DNA of 64,000 nucleotides from Octopus sinensis. Taxonomy: Eukaryota. Where the stretch lies: contig NC_042997.1 in NCBI RefSeq assembly GCF_006345805.1, positions 100,564,001-100,628,000 of the forward strand, in the 5' to 3' direction. Both the position numbers and the translations under genes were made by a program. Positions 37,515 through 51,591 of this stretch are shown here, piece after piece. Position 1 is the stretch's first letter, and every line of letters begins with the position of its first letter. Below the pieces are notes generated by a model that searched no databases, was not told where the DNA came from, and saw only the letters and a list, made by a program, of their open reading frames with translations.

Positions 37515-39055
37515 GTAAAGTTGTAGTTATCCAATTACTTATTTTTTCCTAAAAAAAAAAAAAAAACTTTCTGCGAAGTTAGTTTTATTTTTTCCATATA
37601 TGTAACATAAAACTTTAAAAAATACGTAGAACTTTTATTTACCTATTCTTACTTTATATTGATTATGCATTGATATTTTTTCTTTGAGTTGTATATTTCA
37701 ATCGTTTTAATTGTTAATAAACAAATACGCTCTAATGGACGAGTAAATCTAATTTACATTTTACTGCATAATGACTGGTAAATGAACTAGAAAAACTTTC
37801 TTCTGCATATTTAATGACAATATGACGAATATTAGATTCGGTTCCGGGTTGATATCATTTAGAATTCCTGCAATTTATATAAATAACTGTTGTTTAGCTA
37901 CAAGTCAGTTCTAATTGAGCAAGATTATGATCAAAGGCATCCCAGCCGTGCCCATGATATCTTAACTATTCTTTTTTCAAAATCTGTCATTTAGGGAATT
38001 TGGCTGCTATTTCTAGCAATCGAAACGACTGTATAGACTGACTTTTGTATTAAGTAAACGCTACTTATTGTGATCACTTTGGAACAAAGCTTAATAATAA
38101 GAGAACGTAGTTTGGAAGTCACCGATTTTGATAATAATAATCATTTAAATTCATAACCGGTTGTAAACTTCATGATAATGACCGGTTAACTTCTATGATA
38201 ATTATAACCAGTTGATAACAATAAACAGCTTTCGGTGTAGAAAAGTAAATTTAACTTTACAAATAATCATGTATGCATGCACATTTGTTTTTGCATATTG
38301 GTAGGGGAAAATTCATTCAAATTTTTAATCTAAACTTTAGAAATTAAATTAAAAAAACTAAAAAAAAAAAAAAAATCTTATACACCTCCCTATCCAAACT
38401 TAAAAAATGGCACCATACTCTCGAGAAAAAATCGAATTAAAATTCAATGCGGTATAAAAAGAAATTTTTTTTGGTTTATTTTTCTAGAAAGTTTTGTTAT
38501 CTCAAACGTTTTTGTGAATGAAATTACTTGAGCAGCTGATATATAAACTTCTCTTCATTGTTCTCCAACACCCGCCAAAAGTTAGCGTGACCGGAAATCA
38601 GACAGCTGATTTCTTCTCTTACTTCTCCCCTTACCTCTAGAAAGATGCTTCCACATATGCACGCATTCACTCATTTGACATATTACACACACACACGCAT
38701 ACATACGTGCTGACGTACACACGCACATAATTTCGCGCGCTGGCATACATACATACGCGCGCTAACGTACATATACATAGGTATATGGTGGTGTGGGGGA
38801 AGAAGCAGTACTGTGGGGTTTAAATTTTTTTTTTTTAATAATAATGATAAAACGAGAAAACTTTATTGTTGCATGAAAATGTGTTTTGGTCAGTTGAATA
38901 TGGTGTAATTAGATATTCGTTGGATCCTATTCGTTTAATAGTTGGACTATTTGAAGAAATTACTCTATCAATTTTAACAGTTTGAAAAAATAGTGTAACC
39001 ACAATTCCAAATTCATTCTTCTAGGGATCCTGATATTAGATGAATACCAGAAACT

Positions 39056-39057
39056 TG

Positions 39058-39094
<37 letters not shown>
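39056..39094. repeat. (TA)n microsatellite abutting a Helitron 3' end
   Basis: Direct reading. Confidence 0.95.
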
Positions 39095-39095
<1 letters not shown>

Positions 39096-39450
39096 TAGCA
39101 GTATCGCCCGGCGTTGCTCGGGTTTGTTTCGACTCTTTAGAATTGGAATTTTTGAAAAGTAAAAATTTTGCATTATGTAGCTTGTTATTCTCTTTAAGCG
39201 AACATTTTTCTGGTTGAAATACACCGAAAAATGGCGACACAGCAGTCAAAAAATCGTAAAAAATAGGGATTTTCATAGAAAAAAAAAAGCACCTTTTTAA
39301 TGTAAATAATTTTTGGTGTTAACGTGGTCCGATTTTAATTTTTTCTCTCAGTTTTGGTCAACTTGCGCCGCAGGGTCTCGGAGGAGATAGTGTTAGTTGA
39401 AGGCTACCAAACCTGCCATACACAGACAAATTCAGCTTTATATATAGAGA
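39095..39450 (-). mobile_element. Non-autonomous Helitron (356 bp), apparently young
   Basis: A|TCTCTATATATAAAGCTGAA 5' end, hairpin CCCGAGCAACGCCGGG and CTAG|T 3' end. CpGs are retained. Confidence 0.88.
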
Positions 39451-40699
39451 TTAAAGTTAAGACTAATATAATCCAAGAAGATACCATTACTTTCCTATCA
39501 AATGCATATTCTATTAGCATTAAAATAAGGGGAAAGAAATTATCACATTTTCCAGCAGTTACTTAATAGTTTTTTACGGAAATCGACGGAAAGGTCTACT
39601 AGAGACGAAAGATCGCCAGATTGGCAGTGAAATTTAGTGTAAACATTCGTGTTGAGGGTTTTATTCAACCAGTCCACTAGTTGAATAAGCTGTCAGGCAA
39701 AATTTAATCCCCATGAATACGAATCCTACGCACATAAATATCTCCCTACAATTCGAATTGAGCTTGGCCGTTAGACTTCAATTAGAACCCGGCAAAAATT
39801 TGAGAAAGAAAATGGAGAAACTCGAATTGGCCGTGAGAGGAAGAAGCAATCTGTCACTATATGTCTTTTATCGTTTCTCACTCTTGTCATCCTCTTCCTC
39901 GAATCTATCTGGAAATAACCGAATTATTCCCGCCGTTCCGATTCTGAGCAGACGATAATTTTTAACTCAGGAATTATAATTGCCAAAAATTAAATTGCTT
40001 AGATTTATCTCTTAATTATTTCAGTTTCATCAGTCGATGAATTAAAAGCAAGTTTTTTTCCCAAATTTTTAAGACCACCTACGAAATTCCTAAGTGCTTA
40101 CTTGCACAAAAATATCTTAGCTTAAAAAATATGCATTATAAGTAGATTAATAAAACATTTAAAAATCTATAGATTTGTTTCTAGATGCTGTAAGGCTTGC
40201 TGTCATTTATTTTGTAGAATTCTTAAAGATGGAAGGAACCTCTTGTGCTTCCACAAACGGACTTTTTTTAAAAATTGGAATCACCACCAAACTATGACAA
40301 AGCCTTGTTAAGAAAATGCTTTTCTATCCAGAATTCCCATGCTATCGATTTGTGGTGCTCTACCTGTAATGAGTTCCCACTGCTTGCATCCTATCATTAC
40401 CTACTTTATTAAATGCTCCAACCAGACTTAAAAAGATGTCTTACACTGTTCATATCGCCTTCATTGGTACCAATTCCACAAATTCTTAAGTAATCCAAAA
40501 TTGTCTGACATTTATGGTGGTCTATCTCTGTATAGCTTGGTGAAGGAAGAGCTCATTATGAACTGGTTGTAATTTTCATGTTGCACTCATGATTAGGATT
40601 ATTAACAAAAACAGAGACTTTCATCTATGGAAGCCAACTTTTAATCAAATTCTTTGCAGCCCACTGAAGTAGCTTCTATATATTTTTGTTATAAAACTA

Positions 40700-41104
40700 T
40701 AAGCGGATCTTTTCGGTTTGAACAGCAGTTTTTAACATAATTTCTAAGTAACTAAAAAATTTTGAAAAACATCGTATACTGGTAGAATGTGTTTATAAAA
40801 CCTCTTTTTCCATTGGCTTTATTGAGAAAATTCTATAGTTTGTAAGATATTTGTTGTTTTTTTCTGCAATTTCAACCAACCAGTGATGTCTATTGAGTTA
40901 AAAAGCATTCTGTGCCGTATGAATATGTCCCTTGTTTAAGAAACAGACTGGGTTTATTTACATTTGTGAAGAAAAAAAAATACCCTTCCCCTAACCCTAA
41001 AAGAGATTGAAATGCAATAGATCGATACTAGTGTCATAATTATGGGTGCCAATTTCATATGACACCGCTAGAAAAAGCTGCCGTTCAAACCGAAAAGATC
41101 CCTA
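40700..41104. mobile_element. TIR MITE in TA context
   Basis: GGATCTTTTCGGTTTGAACAGCAG at the left and CTGCCGTTCAAACCGAAAAGATCC at the right, flanked by TATA. Confidence 0.8.
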
Positions 41105-41181
41105 TAAGCTTCTAATTAGATAAACTTTCTGAAACTCTAGCAACTCAATCACGTTGTCTTCTATTTCTTCAGACCCTACAT

Positions 41182-41485
41182 CAGTGGTTCTCAACCATGG
41201 TCCATATGGCCCTGAGGGTTCATACAAGATTTTTGGGGGTCCACGTAACCAAATAGTAAATTAGAGATCCACAATAGCTCTTAAAAATTTTGTTTTAGAT
41301 GTATTACAAGAAACAGCTAGGTTTCTTTCTCCAACATTGTTCAACCTAATGTGTGAAAAACAAACTAGCAACTTTGAAAGAAGTTACTATAAAACTTGTT
41401 TCTAAACATAGAATGACTATAGGAGTCCACAAGAACAAAATAGTAATCAAAAGGGTCCATAGATAAAAATGGTTGAGAACTCCTG
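41182..41485. mobile_element. hAT (Charlie-like) MITE followed by a second partial copy to ~41710
   Basis: CAGTGGTTCTCAAC ... GTTGAGAACTCCTG termini. The 8-bp TSD is not recognisable. Confidence 0.65.
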
Positions 41486-41714
41486 CTTTTGATGTATGTA
41501 TTGGTGTTTATTGCAAGAAACAACTAGGGTTCTTTCTATAACATTTTACATAGTTTTACCTACACAAGTTAATGTGTGAAAAACAAAATAGGAATTTTGA
41601 AAGAAGTTTCTGTAAAACCAGTTTTTAAACATTGAATGGCTATGGGGGTCTACAAGAATGAAATAAGCAATCAAAGGTGTCCATAGATACAAAATGGTTG
41701 AGAAATCCTGCTCA

Positions 41715-42850
41715 ACATTATTTACCAATGCCATGATAGCTTGCTGAACATGATGTGGACTTTGTAGTGGTGGAATATCTGTAAAGTCACAGATAGAGTC
41801 TGGCCTTTTACTTTTCCAAACACCATAGTTAATTTCATAATGTTGAATTAACTTTTTTTAGTTGTTATTAACTAGGTTTATCCCCATCCCCTGCCATCAA
41901 TTGCTTTTATCAGTTGTTTGAAAGTTCTTGGATAATATGCCTTGCAGTTAGCTATCCTACTGTGATTATGTAGTTTGGAGCAAAGAAGCTGTGTTTTGGG
42001 GGTGGATATATTCCACTCTGACATTATTTGAAATATCATTTAAATCCACAGAATAGCTTGGTGAATTATCTAAAATGTGTAATGCTTTGTTGGAAATGTC
42101 ATCTCTGACACCAAAACTTTCTACAGTAGGGTAAAAAATTTGTAAACCAGTGTTGGAAACAGCTTGTATTCCAAACCTTATTTCAATGTGAAATACAGGT
42201 AGATTAAACTTGATATAACCTTGAAAGCCTTTTGATATTTAGAGTAATGAATAGGTGCTTTAATTTTATACTAGCAACATTTTTTACAGGGATGTCAAAT
42301 TATTTCTGGAACTTTGCTGTTATTTTTTGTCCCCAAAATTACTTAAAAACAAAAGAAAACACCAACATTGTATATCTGTCTAACTTCCTACATCAACCAT
42401 TTTGTTCTGCTCTTGAGAGTAATTTGTAACAGCTTCACCAGTCATTTTAATGTCCAGTTAATTAAAACACCTAAACTTTCAAAGCAGCCTTTGCTAACTG
42501 GTCAGAAAAGGTTTACATCAGATGTATCTTGCTCTTGCTACAAATCATCACAGCTTTTTGTTTTTGCTTGAATGACCTATGCTTATATTGCGTCCAGCCT
42601 GATCATCAAACCGTACACCCATGAGCCATTTTATATTATGCATCATAGCAGATCTATGAAAAAATGTTTGTACATTTAATGGAGTAGCTACTTGAAAACT
42701 TGACCTAATTTTGTTTTTATTGTCAGGTATTGTTCCCATTCAAGAAGTTGTAAATGTTAATATTTTGCAATAGGCTGAGTTTTCTGCATAAAACCTTTGC
42801 AAAAATTATATTGAATGTCATATACGACTTCTTTTGGGACTAATTCCTCA
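41715..42850 (-). mobile_element. Tigger/pogo transposase remnant
   Basis: Minus-strand fragments resemble W.EDQ..R.I (VRFDDQAGRNISI), ASKGWFENF...IKMTGEA, NLPV.W.WN..AV...FTNF.PTVE, NKALHILDNSPS and NV.VE...PNT.SLLQ, as in the DDE_1 family. Cut at the 5' end by a piggyBac MITE at ~42860. Confidence 0.8.
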
Positions 42851-43817
42851 TGCTGGCTTAACCCTTTAGCATTCAGATTATTCTATCAAATGTAATGCTT
42901 ATTTATTCACATTGTTTTGAATTAATTATGCATTATCTTGTAGCTATGAGATTTTGATGAGGTAGCTATTAATTTTTAGAATGATTTTGTATGGTCGGTG
43001 TGAGAAGGCTAGATTTGGCCAGTTTGAACATAAAACAGGTGGAACATTTTGGCTGCATATGGCTGGTTTAATTGTTAAAGGGGATGTTGGATGAGAGTAG
43101 TGCACTATACTATACCCATTTGTAGTTAAAACTGACAGTAGGAGAGAGAGAGAAGAAATCCACCCTAAACATTTGAGTCCATGTATTGTAGTTGTCAAGA
43201 AAATGAAAGAAGTGATGGTAATTGTACAATATGGGTGGAAACACTATGATTAAAGTTAGTAACAAAACCCAGGGTGAGAAGCTTGAGTGCAACAAAAAAC
43301 AAGTTAAATCTGCATACACAAGCAAGGGAGCAAAACAGGTAGTTAAGCAGCAGTGTTGAATGAAGTGAAAAACAAGGTGTGGAGGAAGGGGCATGTGAGA
43401 GTATGTGTTTGCAAGAATGTTGAAAGCAATGAAAAGCATAGCTTATAGGAAAAAAAACCCATTAAAGAATTGAGCTAGTAGACTAAATATCAAATGTAGA
43501 CGAAGTCATAAAAATAACAGGAGTAGCTGGTTGTATAAAGTTACACCAAATATAATTTTATAAAAAAAAAAGTAACTTTTTTTTATAAAAAACATGGAAT
43601 GTGATTTTTCTTTTAAAATTAAAATTTACTTGAGTTTTTGAAAGGGCAGAATTACCAGCCATAACCTGAAAATAGTAATCATGCTTTACACTTTCCTGAA
43701 GTGCAGAATTCAGTAGATCAAGTTTCTGTAATGTGTGTTAGTAGTAGTTTTTTCTATCAAAGGAACAAAGCCTGAAATTTCGGGGAGGGGGCTAGTCAAT
43801 TACATCAGCCCCAGTGC

Positions 43818-43883
43818 TGAGGTTGACTTATCCTTTCAGGGTTGATGAAATATCATCAACCCTGAAAGGATAAGTCAACCTCA
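43818..43883. repeat. Perfect inverted repeat with 31-bp arms and a 4-nt loop, inside a SINE copy
   Basis: TGAGGTTGACTTATCCTTTCAGGGTTGATGA-AATA-TCATCAACCCTGAAAGGATAAGTCAACCTCA, with no mismatches. Confidence 0.97.
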
Positions 43884-46328
43884 TTTGAGCTCAGAACATA
43901 AAGACTAATGAAATGCTGCTGAGCATTTTGTCTGACATGCTAACAATTCCAGCTTGCCACCTTAATAATAATAATAATAATGGTTTCAAACTTTGGTGCA
44001 AGGCCAGCAATTTTAGAGGGTGGGGGTGAGTTGATTACATGAACCCCAGTGCTGACATTGGTTTCCATGACAATGAGGCATCATATTTTTGATGGTGAGT
44101 CTTGAAAAAATTTTGGAGAATCTAGGTTATGAAATAACATAGATAACCCTAAGACTTACCATCACATTGTGTGGAGTGGTTCATGTTGGCTTAAGGCTGT
44201 TTAAAAATGTAGTTGAATAATTTAGGTAGGCCCCGAAACGGCGTGCATTCTCTCCTGATGACCCCATACACTTGCTGGCTTCCGGTATACAGAGTTTTTG
44301 ACTGGTAGCACTTGCCTGTGCAAGTTGTTTGCAAGACATCACCCTTGTTCTGTAAACTAACTGATTTGTAGTAATGTTTATCTCTAGGTAGCAGTATTTT
44401 TTGGTTTCTCTCATAGTATTTTTCTGTGCTAAGAATGCTTAAAAAGGCTGGTAATCAATAATTTGGCTGAATGCCAAGTGAAGTTCCCATCTGGAGTAGC
44501 TGGAAGGTGAATTCAACAACAGCATCACCACTGTTGTTCACTTACATTTTGATGGTAAGCCACATGCACTGAACCAGAGATAAGATGTCTTTGGGCAGGC
44601 ATTGATTCAATCAGCTTGGGTCTCCCTAGGAACTATAAGCAGTTTTTTTGTATGAAATAACTAGTAACCTTGGTACTCTCATGCATATGTCATTTCTCAC
44701 AGCCTATATTGTCAATCCAAGGAAGGGTAAAGGAAGATAGTAAGGAGATTGAATAAAAATATGATTGATGAGGGAGACAGGCTGATGGAAGAGGGAGTAC
44801 TAGAGAGAGAAATTGATGGATATCAAATTTCTCTGTACTTCTTGATTCAAAAGGGTAGTAATATATATTTCTGATAATGAAGTCCTGTTTACTTTGAGAC
44901 CTCTCTGTTCTAAGTTTTGCTTTTAAGTTTGGAATTCCTTATCTGAATTTATGACAAATTCAGTCAATAAGAACTAGGTCATTGATAAATTGCCTTCTCT
45001 ATGCTGACATATACTCAGTTGGCTGTTTTTAGTAAGAACGCCTGTAGTTGTTTCAGTAAATAGAGCTATTGGTAGTTCGTCGTCATTGTACATCAAAAAC
45101 ACATCTCATTTGAACACATTTGTTTTCTTAATTAGCTGTGCTATAACTCTTTCTGTTTCCATAACTTGGATCATGAATTCAATGCCTCTGCAGTAGCTCC
45201 ATTGTAGAATATCTCCTTTGCTGTTGTAGTTGTTGATTCTTGTTGGGGATAATATCTCACAGCACTACATGATTGACTATGTGAGTGACTAGCACAAATC
45301 CTACTTTGCCAGTTATTTTCAACATATCTGATGTTCCTGTTACTTTCTCTACTCTTCATATCTTTAAAGGCAGTTGTTGTTTTCTCTGTGGGTCTACTTA
45401 GGGTAGGCACTTTTTTTTCTATATCATCATCATCATCATCATTTAGTGTCAGTTTTCCATGCTGGCACGGGTAAGACAGTTTGACTGGAGCTGGTAAGCT
45501 GGAGAGTTAGCTGCACCAGGTTCCAGTCTGATTTGGTTCGTTTCTATGGCTAGATGCCTTTCCTAGCATTAATAGTATGCTGGGTGTCTTTACATGTCAC
45601 CAGCATGGGTGTCTTTTGTGTGCTATTCTCATTTTTTGCTTCCTTTTTGGCATTAGTGAATGGAAGTATGCCACTTTGTTATTATACACATATGCTCTCC
45701 ATTGACAATGTTCTCATTTACACTGAGAAACAGCTGCACAATCCACAACACTTAATGTCTCCCATCTTAGTGGTATAGAACATTGAGAAACCTCTTTCTG
45801 CTTTATTCCTTGTTAAATACATTTTTGTTATACAGTTCTATTAATCCAGTATCCAATAGTCTGGCAAACCTGATTGTCTTGCATGTTCTGCTTTTCACCA
45901 AATGTTTTTCCTAAGTGCCTTCTTGCAACTGATATTACTTGATCATTGTTTACAATAAAGTTGAAAAGAACCATAAACAGAACCTAAGTATTTTGTATCT
46001 ACCTTGTATATATTTGTTAACTGGCACTCTATTGGTTACAACAATGAGAGTTCCAGTTCATCTGATCAACAGAACAGCCGGCTCCTGAAATTAATGTGCA
46101 TGTGACTGAGCACTCCACAGACACGTACCCTTAATGTAGTTCTCAGGGAGATTCAGCATAACGCAGGGTGTGACAAGGCTGGCACTTTGAAATACAGGTA
46201 CTACACATTTTTACCAGTTGAGTGGACTGGAGCCAAGTGAAATAAAGTGTCTTGCTCAAGGACACAGCATGTTGCTGGGAATTGAACATACGTTTGTGAG
46301 CTGAATACCTTAACCACTAAGCCATGTG

Positions 46329-46332
<4 letters not shown>

Positions 46333-46382
<50 letters not shown>

Positions 46383-46402
46383 CATATATATATATATATA
46401 TA
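46333..46402. repeat. (TA)n microsatellite
   Basis: Direct reading, with one short interruption. Confidence 0.95.
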
Positions 46403-48075
46403 TTTACTGTCCATCCATTGGTGAAAAGGTCCACTGTAAGTGATAGTAACCAATTTGAGAAAAGTTGAAAAGAAAGCAGAAAACTCTCACATTACACCTG
46501 GAAATTGAAATAACCCTGTTCTTTTCCAAGAGGCCAAACTGAGATATATCTCACAATGCTGTGCCAAGAATCTTTACCGCCATTAACTTTGGTAGCTCTT
46601 CAATTTCATTGCCAATAGCATAATATACTTGAGTAGTTTTCATCCCCTATTAGGGTGTAGACATCTCCAAAATGTAACATTTGATATGACCTGTTGTACA
46701 AATGGGTGTAATGTGTCCATAAATCTACTTATTCTTGACTAGATAATCATTATAATGCATGAATATAACAAACGTTCTTTAAAAATTTATGATATTAAGA
46801 AAGTCTGGGCAAGGTTGTTTATGGAAGACCAGCAGTCGCCCATGCATACTAGCCTCCCCTCTCTATGCCACCAATGTTATCCAAGGGAAAGGCAAAGGCA
46901 AAGGCCGATACAACTTGGCACCAGTGACGTCGCAGCTCATTTATTAACATGCAAGTGGCTGAGCACTCCACAGATACGTGTACCCTTAACGTAGTTCTCA
47001 GGGAGATTCAGCATGACACTGTGTGACAAGGCTGGCCCTTTGAAATACAGATACAACAGAAACAGGAAGAAAGAGTGAAAGTTGTGGTGAAAAAGTACAG
47101 CAGGGTTCACCATCACCCCCTGCCGGAACCTCGTGGAGCTTTAGGTGTTTTCGCTCAATAAACACTCACTATGCCTGGTCTGGGAATCGAAGTCGCGATC
47201 TTAGGATCACGAGTCTGGTGCCCTAACCATTGGGCCTCCACATAAGTGTATATGTAACCCTTTTGTTATCATATCTTTGTTAAAATGCAACCCCTTTTGT
47301 TTCAATTAACTTTGAAAATAACGAATTTAGTAAAATTTGTCATTATTAAACTGGTACTTAGAACTTGTTGATGGAAGGTTGTAATTTTAAACAGGAAGTT
47401 TGAATCATAGAGCTAGGGTTAGACTTTGTCCATCACCTGGTTTAATACCAACATCTAGTATGTTGAGTGCTTTTAGCTCTTTAGCATTTAAACCAGCCAA
47501 AATATCCTGCTTGTTTTATGCTCAAACTGGCCAGATCTGGTCTCTCACACTAACCCTATATAATATTCTAAATTTAACAGCTCATAAAAATCTGAAAGCT
47601 TCAAAATGATACGTAATTAATTCAAAACAATGCAAATACATATGCATTACTTTCGACAGAATAATGTGAATGCTGAAGGCTTAATATCCAATCTATTGCA
47701 AGCATTTGAGCCAGGTCTCTAATTTGAAGATACCTTTCACCTGTCTTCCCAGTCTTGGAAGTTCTGTAAATGGTCATGGACACTGCTTGTCTCTTGACTA
47801 TAGGATGTAAGAAAAAGTGGTTAGTCTCAACTAGATTGGTATCAAAAGGGTCAATAGCAAGGTTAGATTTTGATTTTTGTTTTGTCATAGTATCAACTTA
47901 AACCAAGTATTACTCAGATGGAATTAAAAACTGATGTTGAGATAAATTTTAATTTGTGTTTTCTGCTCATTTTTTAACTAATCTTTTGTATTGCTATTTT
48001 TATGAATTATATTCTATGTTGTAGTTTTTTTGTCTGGTGTTTCATATTTTTAATTTTAATTTTTTTCTTTTGTAG

Positions 48076-48183
48076 GGTGTACAACTTGGGTATGGACTGT
48101 TACCTTGTAATAAACGTTTTTCTACCACTATTAGCGAATATGAGCAGATGCACAATAACAACATAGCTGATAACAAATTAGTT
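48076..48183 (+). CDS. CDCA7: CDCA7-like gene exon
   Basis: Long pyrimidine tract plus tgtag acceptor, gtaagt donor, 36 codons. GVQLGYGLLPCNKRFSTTISEYEQMHNNNIADNKLV matches the CDCA7-family SEYE...NI..NK.. segment. Confidence 0.8.
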
Positions 48184-50076
48184 GTAAGTTTTTTTAATCC
48201 TTTTATTCTTTTACTTGTTTCAGTCATTTGACTGCGGCCATGCTGGAGCACTGCCTTGAAAAATTAGCCTTAATCGATTTTTGAACTTTACTGGGTTCTC
48301 ATTAGTGGTCTCTAGGGATGTAAATAGCAGTAACTTGTAAGTGGAATTTGGTATGGCTGTGTGGTTAAGAATATTTCTGTGTCACGTGGTTTTGAATTCA
48401 GTTCCACTGCATAGCACTTTGAGCAAGTGTCTTCTACTATAGCCCCAGGCTGACCAAAGCCCTGTGAGTGGGTTTAGTAGACTGAGACTGAAACCCATAT
48501 ATATATATGTGTATGTTTGTGTTTTTCTCCTTGTCTTGACATTGCTCAATAGTTATAGTCATACAATTGGTGTAGCTTGTTTCCAGTCTCCTGAGGAAAC
48601 TTGTCTGACCCTAGTAAAAGTGGAAGCAAGTGAGGGTTAGCAACAGGAAGGGCATCTGGCTAGAAAGTGTCTTAATGAATTCCATCTGATTCATGCAAGC
48701 ATTGAAAAGTAGATGTTATATCAATGATTTTATATATACCCATGTTTCACCACTCATTGCATTCCACCCCACCTTGCACTTTTGTGAACTCCTTACTCAT
48801 ACACCATGGGCAATCTCACATCCTTATAGATTGAGAGTATGCCCTGGCACATCACTACCATCTCTCTTGCCCTGTATTACTCTTGCTTGTTTTCTCTCTC
48901 TCTCTCTCTCTTTTTCCCTCCATCCAACTTTAGTAACCACGTATCTCTACAGCAAGATACCTGTTTCTGTCTCTCAGTCATACCCTAATCTTTCATCACA
49001 TGGCATAAAGCCACCTCTTTCAATACTCCACCCCTTCTTGAAAGATCTTTGTCTTGCTAGTGCCATGTGAAAAGTACTCAGTCTACTCTGTAAGGTGGTT
49101 GGTGTTTAGAAGGGTATCCAGCCATAAAAACCATGCTAAAGTAGACAGTGGAGCTTAGTGCAGTCCTCTGTCTTATTAGCCAGCATGAAAGAACCACAAT
49201 TAGATGATGATGATTATGATTATGATATATATAGTTGTCATTATTTAATATCCATCTTCCTTACTGGCATGGGTTGTACAGTTTGAGATTGAGTGAACTG
49301 CAGGATTGTTGAAATCTGATATCTGTTTTGGCATGATTTCTTAATGCCAACCACTTTACAGAGTTTACTGGATGCTTTTTTTGTGATGCCAAAAGAATTG
49401 TAAATCAAAGAAAAAACCTTTTGATTGAATAGGATTGTAGTAGAAAAGGAAGTGATTTTATGCCAGTGATAGAGGGACAGGCACAAGTGTCTCACTATAG
49501 AGGAGATACATGGCTACCCTGTAGAGATTCATGACCTGTATGTACATGTTGTGTTTGTGCCTCCTTGTCTTGACATTGTATGATAATTATAAATAACTAT
49601 CACTGTCATATAAGCAGTGTCGTTCCTTTCTAGTAATCCATGAAACCATGTTTGATATCATGGAGCTATATTACCTTGCTTGGAAGCAGGTGAGAGTTGG
49701 TGGCAGGAAGACCATCCATCTATCCACAGAAAATCTGCCTCAATGAAGTCAGTCTGCCCATGGAAGCCTGGATGTAAATGATGTAAATAACTTACTCTAA
49801 CAGAAAACGTGATTGATATTTGTTAGTCTGTTAAAATTTGTTTTCAATTTAATGGAAACTTTGTTGCTTATTTTGTAAATTCAAAAATATAACCACACTT
49901 TAATGAGAATATAATTTGAAATTTTCAAAACATGATGGATATTTGTTAGTCTGTTAAATTTGTTTTCATATTTTGTAAATTCAAGAATATAATCACACAT
50001 CAATGAAAACGTAAATTTGAAATTTTCAAAAATTTGTTGTTACTCTTTGTAATTGAATTATACATCTTAATTTTAG

Positions 50077-50124
50077 CTGGCACGCCTTTTATCTGAATAT
50101 AGACTTGAAGCTCCTTCACAGCGG
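50077..50124 (+). CDS. CDCA7: CDCA7-like gene exon
   Basis: ttttag acceptor, gtaagt donor. LARLLSEYRLEAPSQR continues the motif, compare human CDCA7 NIKQNKAMLAKLMSEL. Confidence 0.8.
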
Positions 50125-50409
50125 GTAAGTTTTATTTGGTATAAGAATGAGTTTTGTTTCTGTTCTTGTGAGATTATTATTTGGAATTTGTAATGCACAT
50201 GAAAAAAGATGGTATATCATATCTTGAATGCTCTTAGAATGTGTTGATGTATATGTAGTTTGTGTATTCTTTTTAATTGATAAATATGGAGTGTACTTGT
50301 GATCTCAGAATTGGTAGCATTTTAACATAGAAGAAAGTTAATGCTGGTAAGTTGTGCTTACCATTTAGATCCTAGTCTTTTGTCTAAAATATCAGATTTG
50401 AAATTGTTA

Positions 50410-50770
50410 TCCTGCAGGTTTTGGGTTCAGTCCCACTGTGTGGCAACTTGGGCAAATATCTCCTACTATAACCTTGGGCTGACCAAAGCCTTGTGAGTGG
50501 ATTTGGTAGAAGGAAACTGAAAGAAGCCTTTGTGTGTGAGTGTGTGTGTATATATATGTATATATATGTTTGTGTGTCTGTTTGTCACCCCACCATCGCT
50601 TGATCACCGAGGTGGCTGTGTTTACATCCCCGTAACTTAGCAGTTTGGCAAAACAAACCGATAAAATAAGTACCAGGCTTACAAAGAATAAGTCCTGGGG
50701 TTGATTTGTTTGACTAAAAGCGGTGCTCCAGCATTGCTGCAGTTGAATGACTAAAACAAATAAAAGAATA
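50410..50770 (+). mobile_element. SINE family A, near full length
   Basis: GGGTTCAGTCCCACTGTGTGGC...GGAAACTGAAAGAAGCC...GCGGTGCTCCAGCAT...GAATGACTAAAACAAATAAAAGAATA. Confidence 0.85.
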
Positions 50771-51393
50771 AAAATGTATATTCCTTGTATGAGATTTGCA
50801 AGGGCAGTATGTTTGTACTGTAGTTGGACTTATCACACTTGCAGTTTCATACATACCGTGACCAAATATGGCACACTGGAACTTGCAACAGTGTTGCACA
50901 AAATGCCTTGTGGTATTTGGTTACATACAGCCCATTATGTTCTAAGTTAACTTTTATCCTTTTTGGGGTTGATAAAATAAAGGATCTTTTCTGACAATTC
51001 TTAAAATCAATAGCACTTGCATTTTAATGTGTTGAGTGGCAGAAATTTCATCTTCCTTTATTCTGAGTTCAAATCACAGTGGAGTTGGCTTTGTCTTTAC
51101 ATCTTTCCAAGATCATTGAAGTAATAATCAAATACTAGGGTTCATTCGTTCAACTGTAGTTCTCTTTTATTAATTTGTGGATTTGAGTTGTTTTGTGCGA
51201 ACTAATGTATAGGAGATTGTGGCCACTTTGCTATCATCTTTTTGTATAATGAATATATTTTTGTATAATGGATATATTCCTGTAATTACTACTATTTTGA
51301 AAATATCAATCCCATACATATTTAAAGTAAATCAATGTTGTTAAGTATTTTAAATATCAATTAATTAGCAAGTTTTTTTTTATTCCTTTTCAG

Positions 51394-51591
51394 GTGATAA
51401 ATCATAAGGTTCGCCGATCATCAACAAATAACAAACCAGTAGTACTACGTCGAAATCCTGCTCGAAGTACTCGCAGTCATTATAGTTTATCAGTACTAGC
51501 TCCTGCCACAAGACAACGTAGAGGTTCTGTATCCTCAACTGTCTCCTCATCTTCTTCATTATCATCTGTATCACCTTCTGTTTCACCTGAG
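51394..51591 (+). CDS. CDCA7: CDCA7-like gene exon
   Basis: ttttcag acceptor, gtaagt donor, 66 codons. VINHKVRRSSTNNKPVVLRRNPARSTRSHYS...SSSSSLSSVSPSVSPE. RRNP.R corresponds to CDCA7 RRNPERRAR and CDCA7L RMNPTRSAR. Confidence 0.82.

Noticed and set aside
44225-44270. GAAAC ... CTGATGA as a second hammerhead
   Set aside because: The flanks cannot form stem II (GGCCCC versus CCCCAT) or the other stems.
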